From a virus: a DNA stretch of 64,000 nt. The position numbers were made by a program, and so were the translations under genes. The stretch is taken from positions 70,799 to 134,798 of IMG/VR virus record IMGVR_UViG_3300021963_000040; one strand, 5' to 3'. A model generated the notes under the pieces. That model did no database searches, was not told the DNA's origin, and was given only the letters and a program-made list of their open reading frames with translations. Shown here piece by piece: positions 10,632 to 18,970 of the stretch. Positions within the stretch are counted from its first letter, which is position 1. Every line of letters begins with the position of its first letter.

Positions 10632-11464
10632 TGCGTAATCACTACTGGACTTGTTCTAAATTTGCAGACTGGCTTCGTGGTACTGCAAAATTACAAGCAG
10701 GTACATCCGAAGAATGGGATGAATGGACTAATACTGCAAAAATGAAACACAACTTCCGCTATTGGTTAGCAGAAGACGGCCTAGACTACCTTCAACGAAT
10801 AGTCTATTACATCCCTGACAAACTAAATGATATCCGTTATTATATTAACAATCGCTGGGTTAGTCGCTCTCATAGTCTTACCGCTCATCCCCGGGATATT
10901 AAGCCTGGCCAGTGGCAAGACGTGGGGAACCGCTTTCTGCCTTGCTTATTCAATGAGCTGGTTGATTTTGTTGAAATAGAACAAGCCTGGCATCACTGTC
11001 TATGGAGTGATGAAATGAAAACCAAATACAATGTACCTTGGTACCGTAGTGGTTGGCTACGCTGGCGTACTTGGCGTTGTCCAGAAGCTGGACTTGAATA
11101 TCTGCGTTGGGCAATGACTTTGACTAACGAAGAATTTCTTGACGAAGATAAGAAGCATCTAGCCGAACCAACTTATCAAGCTAAAGCCGCTAAAGAAATT
11201 GTTGAGCTTTACACTTGGTGGACCGAGACATATCGTAATCGTCCAGACCCATACGAAGCCAGCGGTTGGTCAGCCTACTGCGAAGCTAGCCGTATTGCCA
11301 ATGGCGGCCGCCTAGGCTGGAGTAGTAGTAAAGATACTCCCGAACTTAAAAAGATGTGCAATACTGCACATAAGCTTCTACAAAAGATTGAAAAAGAGTA
11401 TGCTAAAGAAGATGAAGCCATGATGATTCGTCTTATTAAAATTCGTGAAAGTCTTTGGACATGA
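10631..11464 (+). CDS. Hypothetical Trp-rich phage protein
   Basis: 277 aa, AAGGAG SD. Confidence 0.75.
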   Translation: MRNHYWTCSKFADWLRGTAKLQAGTSEEWDEWTNTAKMKHNFRYWLAEDGLDYLQRIVYYIPDKLNDIRYYINNRWVSRSHSLTAHPRDIKPGQWQDVGNRFLPCLFNELVDFVEIEQAWHHCLWSDEMKTKYNVPWYRSGWLRWRTWRCPEAGLEYLRWAMTLTNEEFLDEDKKHLAEPTYQAKAAKEIVELYTWWTETYRNRPDPYEASGWSAYCEASRIANGGRLGWSSSKDTPELKKMCNTAHKLLQKIEKEYAKEDEAMMIRLIKIRESLWT

Positions 11465-11805
11465 CCACCAGTAGATATCATACCAATGATCGTCGTGAGG
11501 AATATTGCTTAAGAGTATTACAACAATTTTTAGAAAGATGCCGCGGACATATTACTGATATTTCTAAAAAAGAAATGTACAAGTCTAACCCTTACCAACT
11601 TCATCCTCTAAACGATACATACTCTGCTTATATAGAATCTCAACGCATACCGTGGGTAAAAATGGAATGCGATTTTATAGAAATAGGAAGAGAACTAGCT
11701 CATTACTATGAATTTCTTGATATAATGCGTGATCATGAAACACGTCATTTAATTGACCAAGCTAGATTTATTAATAGACTTAAAGGAAAAACAAATGAAT
11801 TCTAA
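11455..11805 (+). CDS. Hypothetical protein
   Basis: Coupled ORF (ATG probably at 11461). Confidence 0.6.
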   Translation: MDMTTSRYHTNDRREEYCLRVLQQFLERCRGHITDISKKEMYKSNPYQLHPLNDTYSAYIESQRIPWVKMECDFIEIGRELAHYYEFLDIMRDHETRHLIDQARFINRLKGKTNEF

Positions 11806-11947
11806 ATGCTCTACATGTAATAGCAATATTATCGTAACATGTGACTGGAACCAAGGACGATGCCCACATCGTCCTGCAATGTTAACAGATTATCACTTTA
11901 GATTTTATAATTTAGCCAAATGGATTAAAGGTCTGTTCGCTAAGTAA
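11795..11947 (+). CDS. Small Cys-rich protein
   Basis: CxxC...C...CPH; AAGGA SD. Confidence 0.6.
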   Translation: MNSKCSTCNSNIIVTCDWNQGRCPHRPAMLTDYHFRFYNLAKWIKGLFAK

Positions 11948-11951
11948 TAGC

Positions 11952-12722
11952 ATGTGGGAAAAGACAGTAGACTCAGACATAGCCAACTTTCATATGAACG
12001 GTTTTCGTCGCCGTTTCAATGCCAACGCATATTATAGTCCTAGTGTAGATCGTTTTTTTGCTGTAGATACTTTTGATCCGTATACGGCTTTAGAAGTAGC
12101 GCAGATTCTTAGCAGTAAAATGCCCGGAATAAGTGTTTGTATCCTACAAGCAACAGATGCAACAATGGATAATACTAATTGTATAAACTACACTATAGAA
12201 GAAAAAAATCTAACAGTAGGGCCTGCAAATATATTATATGGTAGACAAACTCCTACATTAGCTAAAATACCAAAAGGTATGAACATAGTTAAACCTGTTA
12301 GTACGCAACATGTAGACTTTAATAATAACGAACGTTATCAACAATTTTTAAAGTTTCATGAATATGCTAAGTTTACAATACAATGCTGGCATGCAATTAA
12401 ATTAACCGATGCGTTACAAAACATTTTGCCAACCGAAACTTACGCAGATGATTTATTAGATGTTCCTGAAGGCATGAGTGTACCTCCTGACAGTACTAAC
12501 GGATACCTAACTATCAGCGTTAAAAAATATGCTAAACGCATATTGTATACTAGCAATAGTCCAGAAGAAGCACTAGACAGAATAAAACAGATATGGATAG
12601 AAAACGACACTGGCGCTATTATTCCTTATCGTAAAACTTTTTATGCTTTACTAGAGCTTCCAGAACCTCCAGAATTTACAGATAAGATTCGCATAGATAG
12701 ACTAACAATAGGATCATTATGA
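11952..12722 (+). CDS. Hypothetical protein, first gene of a 3-gene cassette
   Basis: 256 aa, ATGA-coupled to the next gene. Confidence 0.7.
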   Translation: MWEKTVDSDIANFHMNGFRRRFNANAYYSPSVDRFFAVDTFDPYTALEVAQILSSKMPGISVCILQATDATMDNTNCINYTIEEKNLTVGPANILYGRQTPTLAKIPKGMNIVKPVSTQHVDFNNNERYQQFLKFHEYAKFTIQCWHAIKLTDALQNILPTETYADDLLDVPEGMSVPPDSTNGYLTISVKKYAKRILYTSNSPEEALDRIKQIWIENDTGAIIPYRKTFYALLELPEPPEFTDKIRIDRLTIGSL

Positions 12723-14026
12723 TTTATAATGTCAATAGACCTAAGTTAGAGTTATCTGACAAACTTTATTTTAGTAATATTGCCTTTAACATTTATCAAA
12801 ATGACTATTGGCAAGATGTATATAGTAAAACAAGCCCAGGCGGCAAATTTGCTATTAACATAGCTCGCAGGCTAAATCCTAATAGATATGTAACAAGAGA
12901 TTCTAGTATATGGACTAATCCGTGGCCGCAACCTATCATACCTAAATATAAAATGATAGCCTATGATTCTAACTTTAGATTAGATTTTGCAGAGGTCAGT
13001 AATTTAGTTGCTTTAAAGTATAAAGGTAGAATTAACCAAGGCGAACGTTTTGCTGTAATGTACAGTGGCGGTTTAGATAGCACTACTATTATGACTGCTT
13101 TAATTAAAAATCTTACTCAAGAAGAATTAAAAAATGTAGCGGTATGTACTAGTATTACAGGCATAATGGAGAATCCTGTCTTTTACGATAAGTTCATTAA
13201 GAATAAGTTTAAGATTATAGATTCGATGACCTACAAATACGATACCGTTATGGCCATGGGATATAATCCAATTACTGCCGACGATGGCGATTGTATTTTT
13301 GGTACTGTATTTGGTATAGGACTTTATTATAACTGGGAAAAGTTTGCTAAGAATTTAAGTTCAGATAGTAGAATACACATTAGTAACTTAATAAGCAAAC
13401 ACAACGATCCTGATGTCCACTATACAGAATTCAAAGATTTATTGATAGCTTATTTGGCATTGCCAGCTAAACAAGTCTGGCCACAAGCACCTATACCAGT
13501 AGAGCCAGACTTTGGAAAAGTGTTATTTGAAAAATTTCATCTTAATGCTCAAACAGCGTCGGTACCTGTTAACAGTCTACATGATTTCTTTTGGTGGTTG
13601 ATTTTTAATGTAAAGATGTTAAACTGTGGAGTAAGAGGAGCATTGTATTTTAACGATAGTGTAAATCCTGAAACTGCTATCCATAAGATAGAGAACTGGT
13701 ACTTAGACCCTCTATACCAGAAATGGTCAATGGCGAATAACAATAATGGTCAAAAGATACTGGGTGGTGCGGCAACATATAAACTAGCCGCAAGAGAATA
13801 CATATATAGCTTAGATAATAATGATTGGTATAAGACATTTAAATTAAAGCTCGAAAGTATGGCTCTAGCAGTAGTAAGGCAAGATTTATCAGGACTTGAT
13901 CCTAATCATATACCTAATGCACGATTTGGCATTACAGAGAACTATGATTTGTTAAGCATCAACGATAGTGATGTAAAAGACTATATACAATATCATTTAG
14001 ACAATTTTAAGATAGACTGGATTTAA
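12719..14026 (+). CDS. Asparagine-synthetase-like PP-loop ATP pyrophosphatase (no glutaminase domain)
   Basis: VMYSGGLDST PP-loop and ITADDGDCIFG (AsnB SGEGxDELFG-like). Confidence 0.7.
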   Translation: MIYNVNRPKLELSDKLYFSNIAFNIYQNDYWQDVYSKTSPGGKFAINIARRLNPNRYVTRDSSIWTNPWPQPIIPKYKMIAYDSNFRLDFAEVSNLVALKYKGRINQGERFAVMYSGGLDSTTIMTALIKNLTQEELKNVAVCTSITGIMENPVFYDKFIKNKFKIIDSMTYKYDTVMAMGYNPITADDGDCIFGTVFGIGLYYNWEKFAKNLSSDSRIHISNLISKHNDPDVHYTEFKDLLIAYLALPAKQVWPQAPIPVEPDFGKVLFEKFHLNAQTASVPVNSLHDFFWWLIFNVKMLNCGVRGALYFNDSVNPETAIHKIENWYLDPLYQKWSMANNNNGQKILGGAATYKLAAREYIYSLDNNDWYKTFKLKLESMALAVVRQDLSGLDPNHIPNARFGITENYDLLSINDSDVKDYIQYHLDNFKIDWI

Positions 14027-14027
14027 C

Positions 14028-14537
14028 ATGCCATTACCAAATGTAAAACAGTTACCAAACGGTAAAGATGTAAACGGCAAAGAATACAAAGTATTCAGTA
14101 GCGACCATGCCGCGGCGCACGACAGCCTTATGAGTTCGTATTTTAAAGCATTTGCATATCTTTTAGACAGGGGATGGGCCATCAGTACAGTATATGCAGT
14201 TAAGAATGAATATCGAGGTATCTGGGTAGAAGATGACAACGGCAAATGTATAGCAGGTGTAGTGTGGGAATGGTTGTCATCTATTAAACAAGGATTCATC
14301 ATCTTAATCTTTACAGATGAGGAATATAGAGGAAAGCATTTATATTCTATTGTACAAGAAGCATTTGAAAATGAAACTATCCGTCTAGGCGGCACTAGTA
14401 TAGCAAGTACAGCTCACGTGGATAATGCTCCTCGATTAAAAGCAGGAGTTAGAGACGGCATGTTACCACAGTTCCATAGACTTTACAAAGACCTTACTCC
14501 TAAAATACAAGCTCAAACAAAAAACCAAACCAAATAA
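14028..14537 (+). CDS. GNAT acetyltransferase
   Basis: FTDEEYRGKHLY acetyl-CoA motif A, DN motif. Confidence 0.7.
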   Translation: MPLPNVKQLPNGKDVNGKEYKVFSSDHAAAHDSLMSSYFKAFAYLLDRGWAISTVYAVKNEYRGIWVEDDNGKCIAGVVWEWLSSIKQGFIILIFTDEEYRGKHLYSIVQEAFENETIRLGGTSIASTAHVDNAPRLKAGVRDGMLPQFHRLYKDLTPKIQAQTKNQTK

Positions 14538-14790
14538 TTTGGTAAATATTAGTCTATGTATGAATACATAAAAATAATGTATTCTGACTGGATTTCATCG
14601 CATCAGAATAATTTGCCTTCATCCCTTGATGAGTTTTGCAAGGCTGTTTCTGTTTTGCTTGCTAGGACAGAAGATGAAATACGGGAACATTGCATAAAAC
14701 AAGGATGGTTCAAATGACAGCAGTATTAGTTATTGGAGTCTTAGTATTTGGTATTGTATGGTACATAGACTATAAAAATATAATGAAATA

Positions 14791-15375
14791 ATGATAGTAT
14801 ACATTCACGGTGCAAATGCAACGGCTGGTAGTTTCACACACATAAGACAATACGTAAGAGATTATTTCGACGAGCCAGACGTAATGTTAGAATACAAAAG
14901 TGAAGATGGCTTTGATAACAATTTAAAAGAAATGAAGGGCCGGCTAGATGATGCTGACCGTTTATTTTTTATCAGTCATAGCCTGGGCGGGATCTACGCT
15001 CTACATCTAGCCAATTATTATAACGAAACTACTGTTGGCGGTGTAAGTCTAAGCACACCATACGGAGGTAGCGCAGAAGCAGATTTCGCTCGTTACTTTT
15101 TACCGTTCAACAGGTTAATGAAAGATGTTGGCACAATGAGTCAACCAATGGTTACCGCTAAAAAATTACCCGCACCACCAAATTGGACACAAGTGGTTAC
15201 TACAGTTGGCCAAAGTCCCTGGATAGTAGAAAAAAATGACGGGGTAGTAACATTAGAAAGTATGCGTTATAGAAAAGACTTTGAATTGGTAGAAATGCCG
15301 CTTAACCATTATGAAGTTGTTATAAGCGATCAAATAGTTGAATTAATATTGGATCGGATTAAACGTGCATTCTAA
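14791..15375 (+). CDS. Alpha/beta hydrolase
   Basis: YIHG, SHSLGG, STPYGGS, NDGVV, NHYE. Confidence 0.85.
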   Translation: MIVYIHGANATAGSFTHIRQYVRDYFDEPDVMLEYKSEDGFDNNLKEMKGRLDDADRLFFISHSLGGIYALHLANYYNETTVGGVSLSTPYGGSAEADFARYFLPFNRLMKDVGTMSQPMVTAKKLPAPPNWTQVVTTVGQSPWIVEKNDGVVTLESMRYRKDFELVEMPLNHYEVVISDQIVELILDRIKRAF

Positions 15376-15379
15376 TAGG

Positions 15380-15408
15380 TTGACAACACCTGTAAATAAA
15401 TATATAAT
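15380..15408 (+). promoter_or_regulatory. sigma70 promoter
   Basis: TTGACA-17-TATAAT. Confidence 0.8.
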
Positions 15409-15429
15409 ACGAACACAAAGGAGACAGTC

Positions 15430-15537
15430 ATGCCTAGTCCACGTAGAGTAAGTCAAATCCTAAAAGGTAAAAAACCACCTAAGCCAAAAACTGTAAAGCA
15501 AATGGCCAAACGAGTTGTCCGTAGAAAGAGTAAATAA
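15430..15537 (+). CDS. 35 aa highly basic peptide (not in ORF track)
   Basis: AAGGAG SD; MPSPRRVSQILKGKKPPKPKTVKQMAKRVVRRKSK. Confidence 0.6.
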   Translation: MPSPRRVSQILKGKKPPKPKTVKQMAKRVVRRKSK

Positions 15538-15539
15538 TC

Positions 15540-15605
15540 ATGGCATACAGAGCAAAAACTAAAACTCAAGCCGCAGTTCGTAGACAACTACGTAAGCGTA
15601 AATAA
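15540..15605 (+). CDS. 21 aa highly basic peptide (not in ORF track)
   Basis: ATG 2 nt after the previous stop; MAYRAKTKTQAAVRRQLRKRK. Confidence 0.45.
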   Translation: MAYRAKTKTQAAVRRQLRKRK

Positions 15606-15609
15606 TAAG

Positions 15610-15674
15610 AACAGCGTAAACTGTTATTAAGAAAAGTGTTCTGGACGCCGGTTCGACTCCGGCCAGGTCCACCA
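15610..15674 (+). ncRNA. ssrA: Two-piece tmRNA, acceptor piece (5' end approximate)
   Basis: T-arm GCCGG-TTCGACT-CCGGC, CAGGTCC-A-CCA end; CTGTTATT and GTTCTG pair with the coding piece. Confidence 0.88.
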
Positions 15675-15685
15675 TAAGGGGAACT

Positions 15686-15865
15686 ATGAATACTGCTCTA
15701 GTTTGGGTTTTGTCGATTACTGTTTTAGGACCTGTTCCTGAACATAAAATATACGCCAAATATAAAACCAAACAAGAGTGTGAGCAAGCGTTAGAGCAAT
15801 CTAAAGCAGAGTACAAGTTGCAGAAAAAGAATGTGTCTGCAACTTGTACTGTAACAATGAAATAG
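15686..15865 (+). CDS. 59 aa ORF inside the tmRNA intervening segment
   Basis: AAGGGGA SD; MNTALVWVLSITVLGPVPEHKIYAKYKTKQECEQAL...SATCTVTMK-TAG. Confidence 0.6.
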   Translation: MNTALVWVLSITVLGPVPEHKIYAKYKTKQECEQALEQSKAEYKLQKKNVSATCTVTMK

Positions 15866-15877
15866 TATCCTTATGAT

Positions 15878-16060
15878 GGGCCTGCACTTGGTTTCGACAG
15901 GGCAAAGAGTAAGAATAATGGCGCTCGGGAATGTGAAACCCGTAGGATTGGGGTAACCCGGTCGAAGAAGCAAAAACGTAACTGCAAACGACGAACAGTT
16001 CGCATTAGCGGCCTAAACTCCGCTTAGGGTAGGAAATACCTCGTAACAGAAACAACCAAT
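15878..16060 (+). ncRNA. ssrA: Two-piece tmRNA, coding piece, tag ANDEQFALAA (15984-16016)
   Basis: 5' GGGCCTG pairs with CAGGTCC including G3:U70; GGTTTCGAC D-loop motif; resume codon GCA. Confidence 0.9.
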
Positions 16061-16084
16061 GCCCGCTTCGGCGGGCATTTTTTT
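16058..16084 (+). terminator. Intrinsic terminator after tmRNA
   Basis: AATGCCCGC-TTCG-GCGGGCATT + T-run. Confidence 0.9.
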
Positions 16085-16208
16085 GGTTAATTTGTTCAAA
16101 AAACTGTTATTTTTCAATGGTTACTATTGTATAAATGTGGTTACGTACTATATACTATGTATTCGGTGTAACAGCCGGTATACAAATCTTAATATTAAGG
16201 AAAAATAA

Positions 16209-16745
16209 ATGAAGAAACTTTTAGCAATTTTAGCTATGGCATTCGCCTCTTCTGCTTTTGCAGTTAACTACGTATCTGTTGATGTTGACAGCGTTAAGGG
16301 CCTAAATGGCGCTTCTGACAGCACCGCACAATACGTTCGTGCAGGAACAGAAATTGGTGGTATTCAATGGGGCTTACAAAGCCGTACTGCTCGCGTTGAA
16401 GGCGGCGGCCTATTGAACAGCCTAGAGGTAACTGGCGGTAAGGCAATTGGTGCGATCACTCCATTCGTTGGCGTTGGTCATGACAATGGCTTCAACGGTT
16501 CTACTCCATATAACTATGGTTTAGTTGGCGCAACTGCTGGTGCGAAAATGGGTCCTGGTTTTGCATTGGCTGGTGTTAAAGCTCGAGTTGGTTCTACAGA
16601 AACCAACATGACACATCAGACTGTTGTTTTTGGTACTTATTCTTTACCGATGACAAAAACAGTTAGTTTGAACTTTAACGCAAGCAAGTCCTACCGAGAC
16701 ATTAAAGAAAATGCTTTTGGTCTAGGTCTAGGTTTTAGCTTCTAA
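16209..16745 (+). CDS. Small outer-membrane beta-barrel protein
   Basis: Signal peptide (ASSAFA), alternating beta-strands, C-terminal GLGLGFSF BAM signal. Confidence 0.75.
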   Translation: MKKLLAILAMAFASSAFAVNYVSVDVDSVKGLNGASDSTAQYVRAGTEIGGIQWGLQSRTARVEGGGLLNSLEVTGGKAIGAITPFVGVGHDNGFNGSTPYNYGLVGATAGAKMGPGFALAGVKARVGSTETNMTHQTVVFGTYSLPMTKTVSLNFNASKSYRDIKENAFGLGLGFSF

Positions 16746-16761
16746 TTTAGACGTTAAACTT

Positions 16762-16790
16762 AATAAAAGGGCCTTAGGGCCCTTTTTATT
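16762..16790 (+). terminator. Intrinsic terminator
   Basis: AAAAGGGCC-TTAG-GGCCCTTTT. Confidence 0.8.
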
Positions 16791-16856
16791 TGTGATCTAG
16801 ATATTAAATATTTTTGCTCGTGTTATATACACACATTCACACACAAGGAGAAAAAT

Positions 16857-17084
16857 ATGAGCAAAACACCTTACGAGATTCGTCTCGAACTTTTGAAAAT
16901 GGCTAACGAAATCCTCGCAACGCCAATCTTCCAATCTCGCGATGCGAAGTTACAAGAATATCATTCTAAGTTAACAGATACTAATCGTGATTCTTTGGCA
17001 TTTCCAACTTTACCAGATTTTCCGTCTAGCACAGATATTGTTGCTAAAGCCGAAGAACTGAAAAAGTTTGTCGATATGGCATAA
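16857..17084 (+). CDS. Conserved small phage protein (paralog of 36245-36448)
   Basis: PYEIRLELLKMA...AKAEELKKFV. Confidence 0.8.
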   Translation: MSKTPYEIRLELLKMANEILATPIFQSRDAKLQEYHSKLTDTNRDSLAFPTLPDFPSSTDIVAKAEELKKFVDMA

Positions 17085-17181
17085 TGAACATATAGAGACT
17101 TGACAGTCTCTATATTTTTACATACAATATAGACATGGTTTGGTAGTTTCCCATCATGGACCCCTCCAAAAAACTACCAAT

Positions 17182-17257
17182 GCGTCTGTAGCTAAGTGGA
17201 ACAGCAGAAGCCTCTAAAACTTCAGAAGCGTGGGTTCGATTCCCACCAGACGCACCA
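17182..17257 (+). tRNA. tRNA with CUA anticodon (amber suppressor), Arg-like body
   Basis: Cloverleaf GCGTCTG/CAGACGC, anticodon arm GAAGC-CTCTAAA-ACTTC (C31-A39 mismatch), T-arm GTGGG-TTCGATT-CCCAC, encoded CCA. Confidence 0.82.
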
Positions 17258-17274
17258 ATTTAAAGGTAGTGCAT

Positions 17275-17505
17275 ATGGATATGGACAATGCGGCAGTATT
17301 TTTAGGTGGTACAATCTTGTATGCACTAGCATGTATTATAATTTTAATAGCGATAGTTATAGCAAATAATATTATACACAAGTACTGGAAATCATTTGGA
17401 TGGAAGTTAACCCCTGCTTATTGGGACCATCCTACCCCTCAATTTATGACCAAAGAGGAAGCAGAAAAAATTGCTCCTCACTTAGAAGCAGAAAGTAAAA
17501 AATGA
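17275..17505 (+). CDS. Small membrane protein
   Basis: One long TM segment; start moved downstream of the tRNA. Confidence 0.65.
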   Translation: MDMDNAAVFLGGTILYALACIIILIAIVIANNIIHKYWKSFGWKLTPAYWDHPTPQFMTKEEAEKIAPHLEAESKK

Positions 17506-17663
17506 CTATACGAGAACTAATGGTTGAATACATTCTGTTTGCATTTACAGAGGAAGAACTGTTAACAAAGTTTCATGTGTCCGAGGAAGAACTTCCTGGC
17601 CTTGCAGATGTTGATCTATTAGAAATTTATGATCAAACATTATTGACCCCAATAGAACAATAG
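17502..17663 (+). CDS. 53 aa acidic protein (not in ORF track)
   Basis: ATGA overlap; MTIRELMVEYILFAFTEEELL...PIEQ-TAG. Confidence 0.55.
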   Translation: MTIRELMVEYILFAFTEEELLTKFHVSEEELPGLADVDLLEIYDQTLLTPIEQ

Positions 17664-17700
17664 TACAGAATGCGGTACTGCATTAGAAATATTCGCATAA

Positions 17701-17718
17701 CTGTAATCGAATTGTAAT
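17701..17718 (+). promoter_or_regulatory. Pho box (PhoB site)
   Basis: CTGTAAT-CGAA-TTGTAAT, 11-bp-period direct repeat upstream of pstS. Confidence 0.65.
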
Positions 17719-17779
17719 CTTCTTTTAATTAAATAGATTGTGCAATCGCACAATCACTTAACCCTTAAGGAGATTACAA

Positions 17780-18763
17780 GTGAAAAAATTATTCGTGACA
17801 CTACTGGCGGCTTTGGCCGTTTCAGCACAAGCACAGCAAATAGCCGGTGCAGGAGCAACATTTCCTGCTCCGGTTTATTCTAAGTGGGCTTCAGAATACC
17901 ACAAAGAAACTAAAGTACAAATCAACTACGGCCCATTAGGTTCTGCAGGCGGTATCAAACAATTAGAAGCTAATACAGTTAGCTTTGGCGCCACTGACGA
18001 TCCTATGAGCGTAGAAGATCTTAACAAGAGAGGGTGGCATCAGTTTCCTGCAGTCATAGGCGGGGTGGTACTGGTTGTTAACCTTAAAGGATTCCAACCC
18101 GGAGAAATCGTTCTTGACGGACAGACAGTAGCAGACATCTATGAAGGCAAAATTCTAAATTGGAACGATCCTAAGATTGCAAAACTTAATCCTAAATTAA
18201 AATTACCAGACCAACCTATCACTGCGGTAATTAGAGCAGACGGATCTGGAACTACTGCGGTGTTTACAGACTACTTGTCACAGGTCAGCAAGAGTTTTAA
18301 AGAAAGCACTGGTGTAGGTAAGATGGTTAGTTGGAAACTAAAGCAAGTCAGTGCAGGTAAAGGTAACGCAGGTGTTGCCGCAATGGTACAGAACATGAAC
18401 GGTGCCATTGGTTATGTTGAATATGCCTTTGCCAAACAAGGTAAGATGACACACGTAGCAATGTTAAACAAAGGCAAAGTCATACAGCCCGACGACTTAA
18501 CATTCAAACAAGCCACAAGTTCTGCTAATTGGAACACTCCAGGAATGGCTGTAAACTTAACCAACAAGGATGGTTGGCCAATCACAGCCGCTACCTTTGT
18601 GTTAGTATACAAAGAAGGCAATGCCAAGACACAGGATGTATTAAAATTCTTTGACTGGGCATTTACCAAAGGCGACAAGATGGCAGAAGACCTAGACTAT
18701 GTACCTTTACCTGACAAAGTAAAAGCACAGATCCGAGCAGACTGGGCAAAGAACATCAAATAG
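17780..18763 (+). CDS. pstS: Phosphate ABC transporter substrate-binding protein
   Basis: GAGATFPAP, GSAGG, FGATD, RADGSGTT, GAIGYVE. Confidence 0.95.
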   Translation: MKKLFVTLLAALAVSAQAQQIAGAGATFPAPVYSKWASEYHKETKVQINYGPLGSAGGIKQLEANTVSFGATDDPMSVEDLNKRGWHQFPAVIGGVVLVVNLKGFQPGEIVLDGQTVADIYEGKILNWNDPKIAKLNPKLKLPDQPITAVIRADGSGTTAVFTDYLSQVSKSFKESTGVGKMVSWKLKQVSAGKGNAGVAAMVQNMNGAIGYVEYAFAKQGKMTHVAMLNKGKVIQPDDLTFKQATSSANWNTPGMAVNLTNKDGWPITAATFVLVYKEGNAKTQDVLKFFDWAFTKGDKMAEDLDYVPLPDKVKAQIRADWAKNIK

Positions 18764-18932
18764 TCCTACCCCACTCTACTTTCATCCATAGTCTTTCGTG
18801 AAAATAATAGGCAACCAATAATATAAGTTGGATGCCTATTGCTATTTTTAAACCTACTATAGGTATTGTTATTGCTAATGCTATTAATCTGAATGTGATT
18901 GCTCTTATAATTGTACGTGTTTTTGTTTCCAT
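18756..18932 (-). CDS. DUF2061-like small membrane protein (not in ORF track)
   Basis: METKTRTIIRAITFRL...AYYFHERLWMKVEWG; GGAG SD. Confidence 0.75.
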   Translation of the reverse strand: METKTRTIIRAITFRLIALAITIPIVGLKIAIGIQLILLVAYYFHERLWMKVEWGRTI

Positions 18933-18943
18933 CTATACTCCAA

Positions 18944-18970
18944 AATAAAAGCCCCTTGCGGGGCTTTTTT
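18944..18970. terminator. Bidirectional terminator
   Basis: AAAAGCCCC-TTGC-GGGGCTTTT. Confidence 0.75.

Noticed and set aside
15559-15973. Minus-strand ORFs 15559-15816 and 15791-15973
   Set aside because: Antisense shadows of the tmRNA locus
17182-17257. Reading the tRNA as ordinary Arg(TCT)
   Set aside because: Centring TCT destroys anticodon-stem pairing and puts C at position 33; the CTA register gives U33/A37 and four pairs
17230-17274. Track start of ORF 17230 (and likewise 48737 and 62650)
   Set aside because: These extensions overlap tRNAs or structured RNA; downstream ATGs were used
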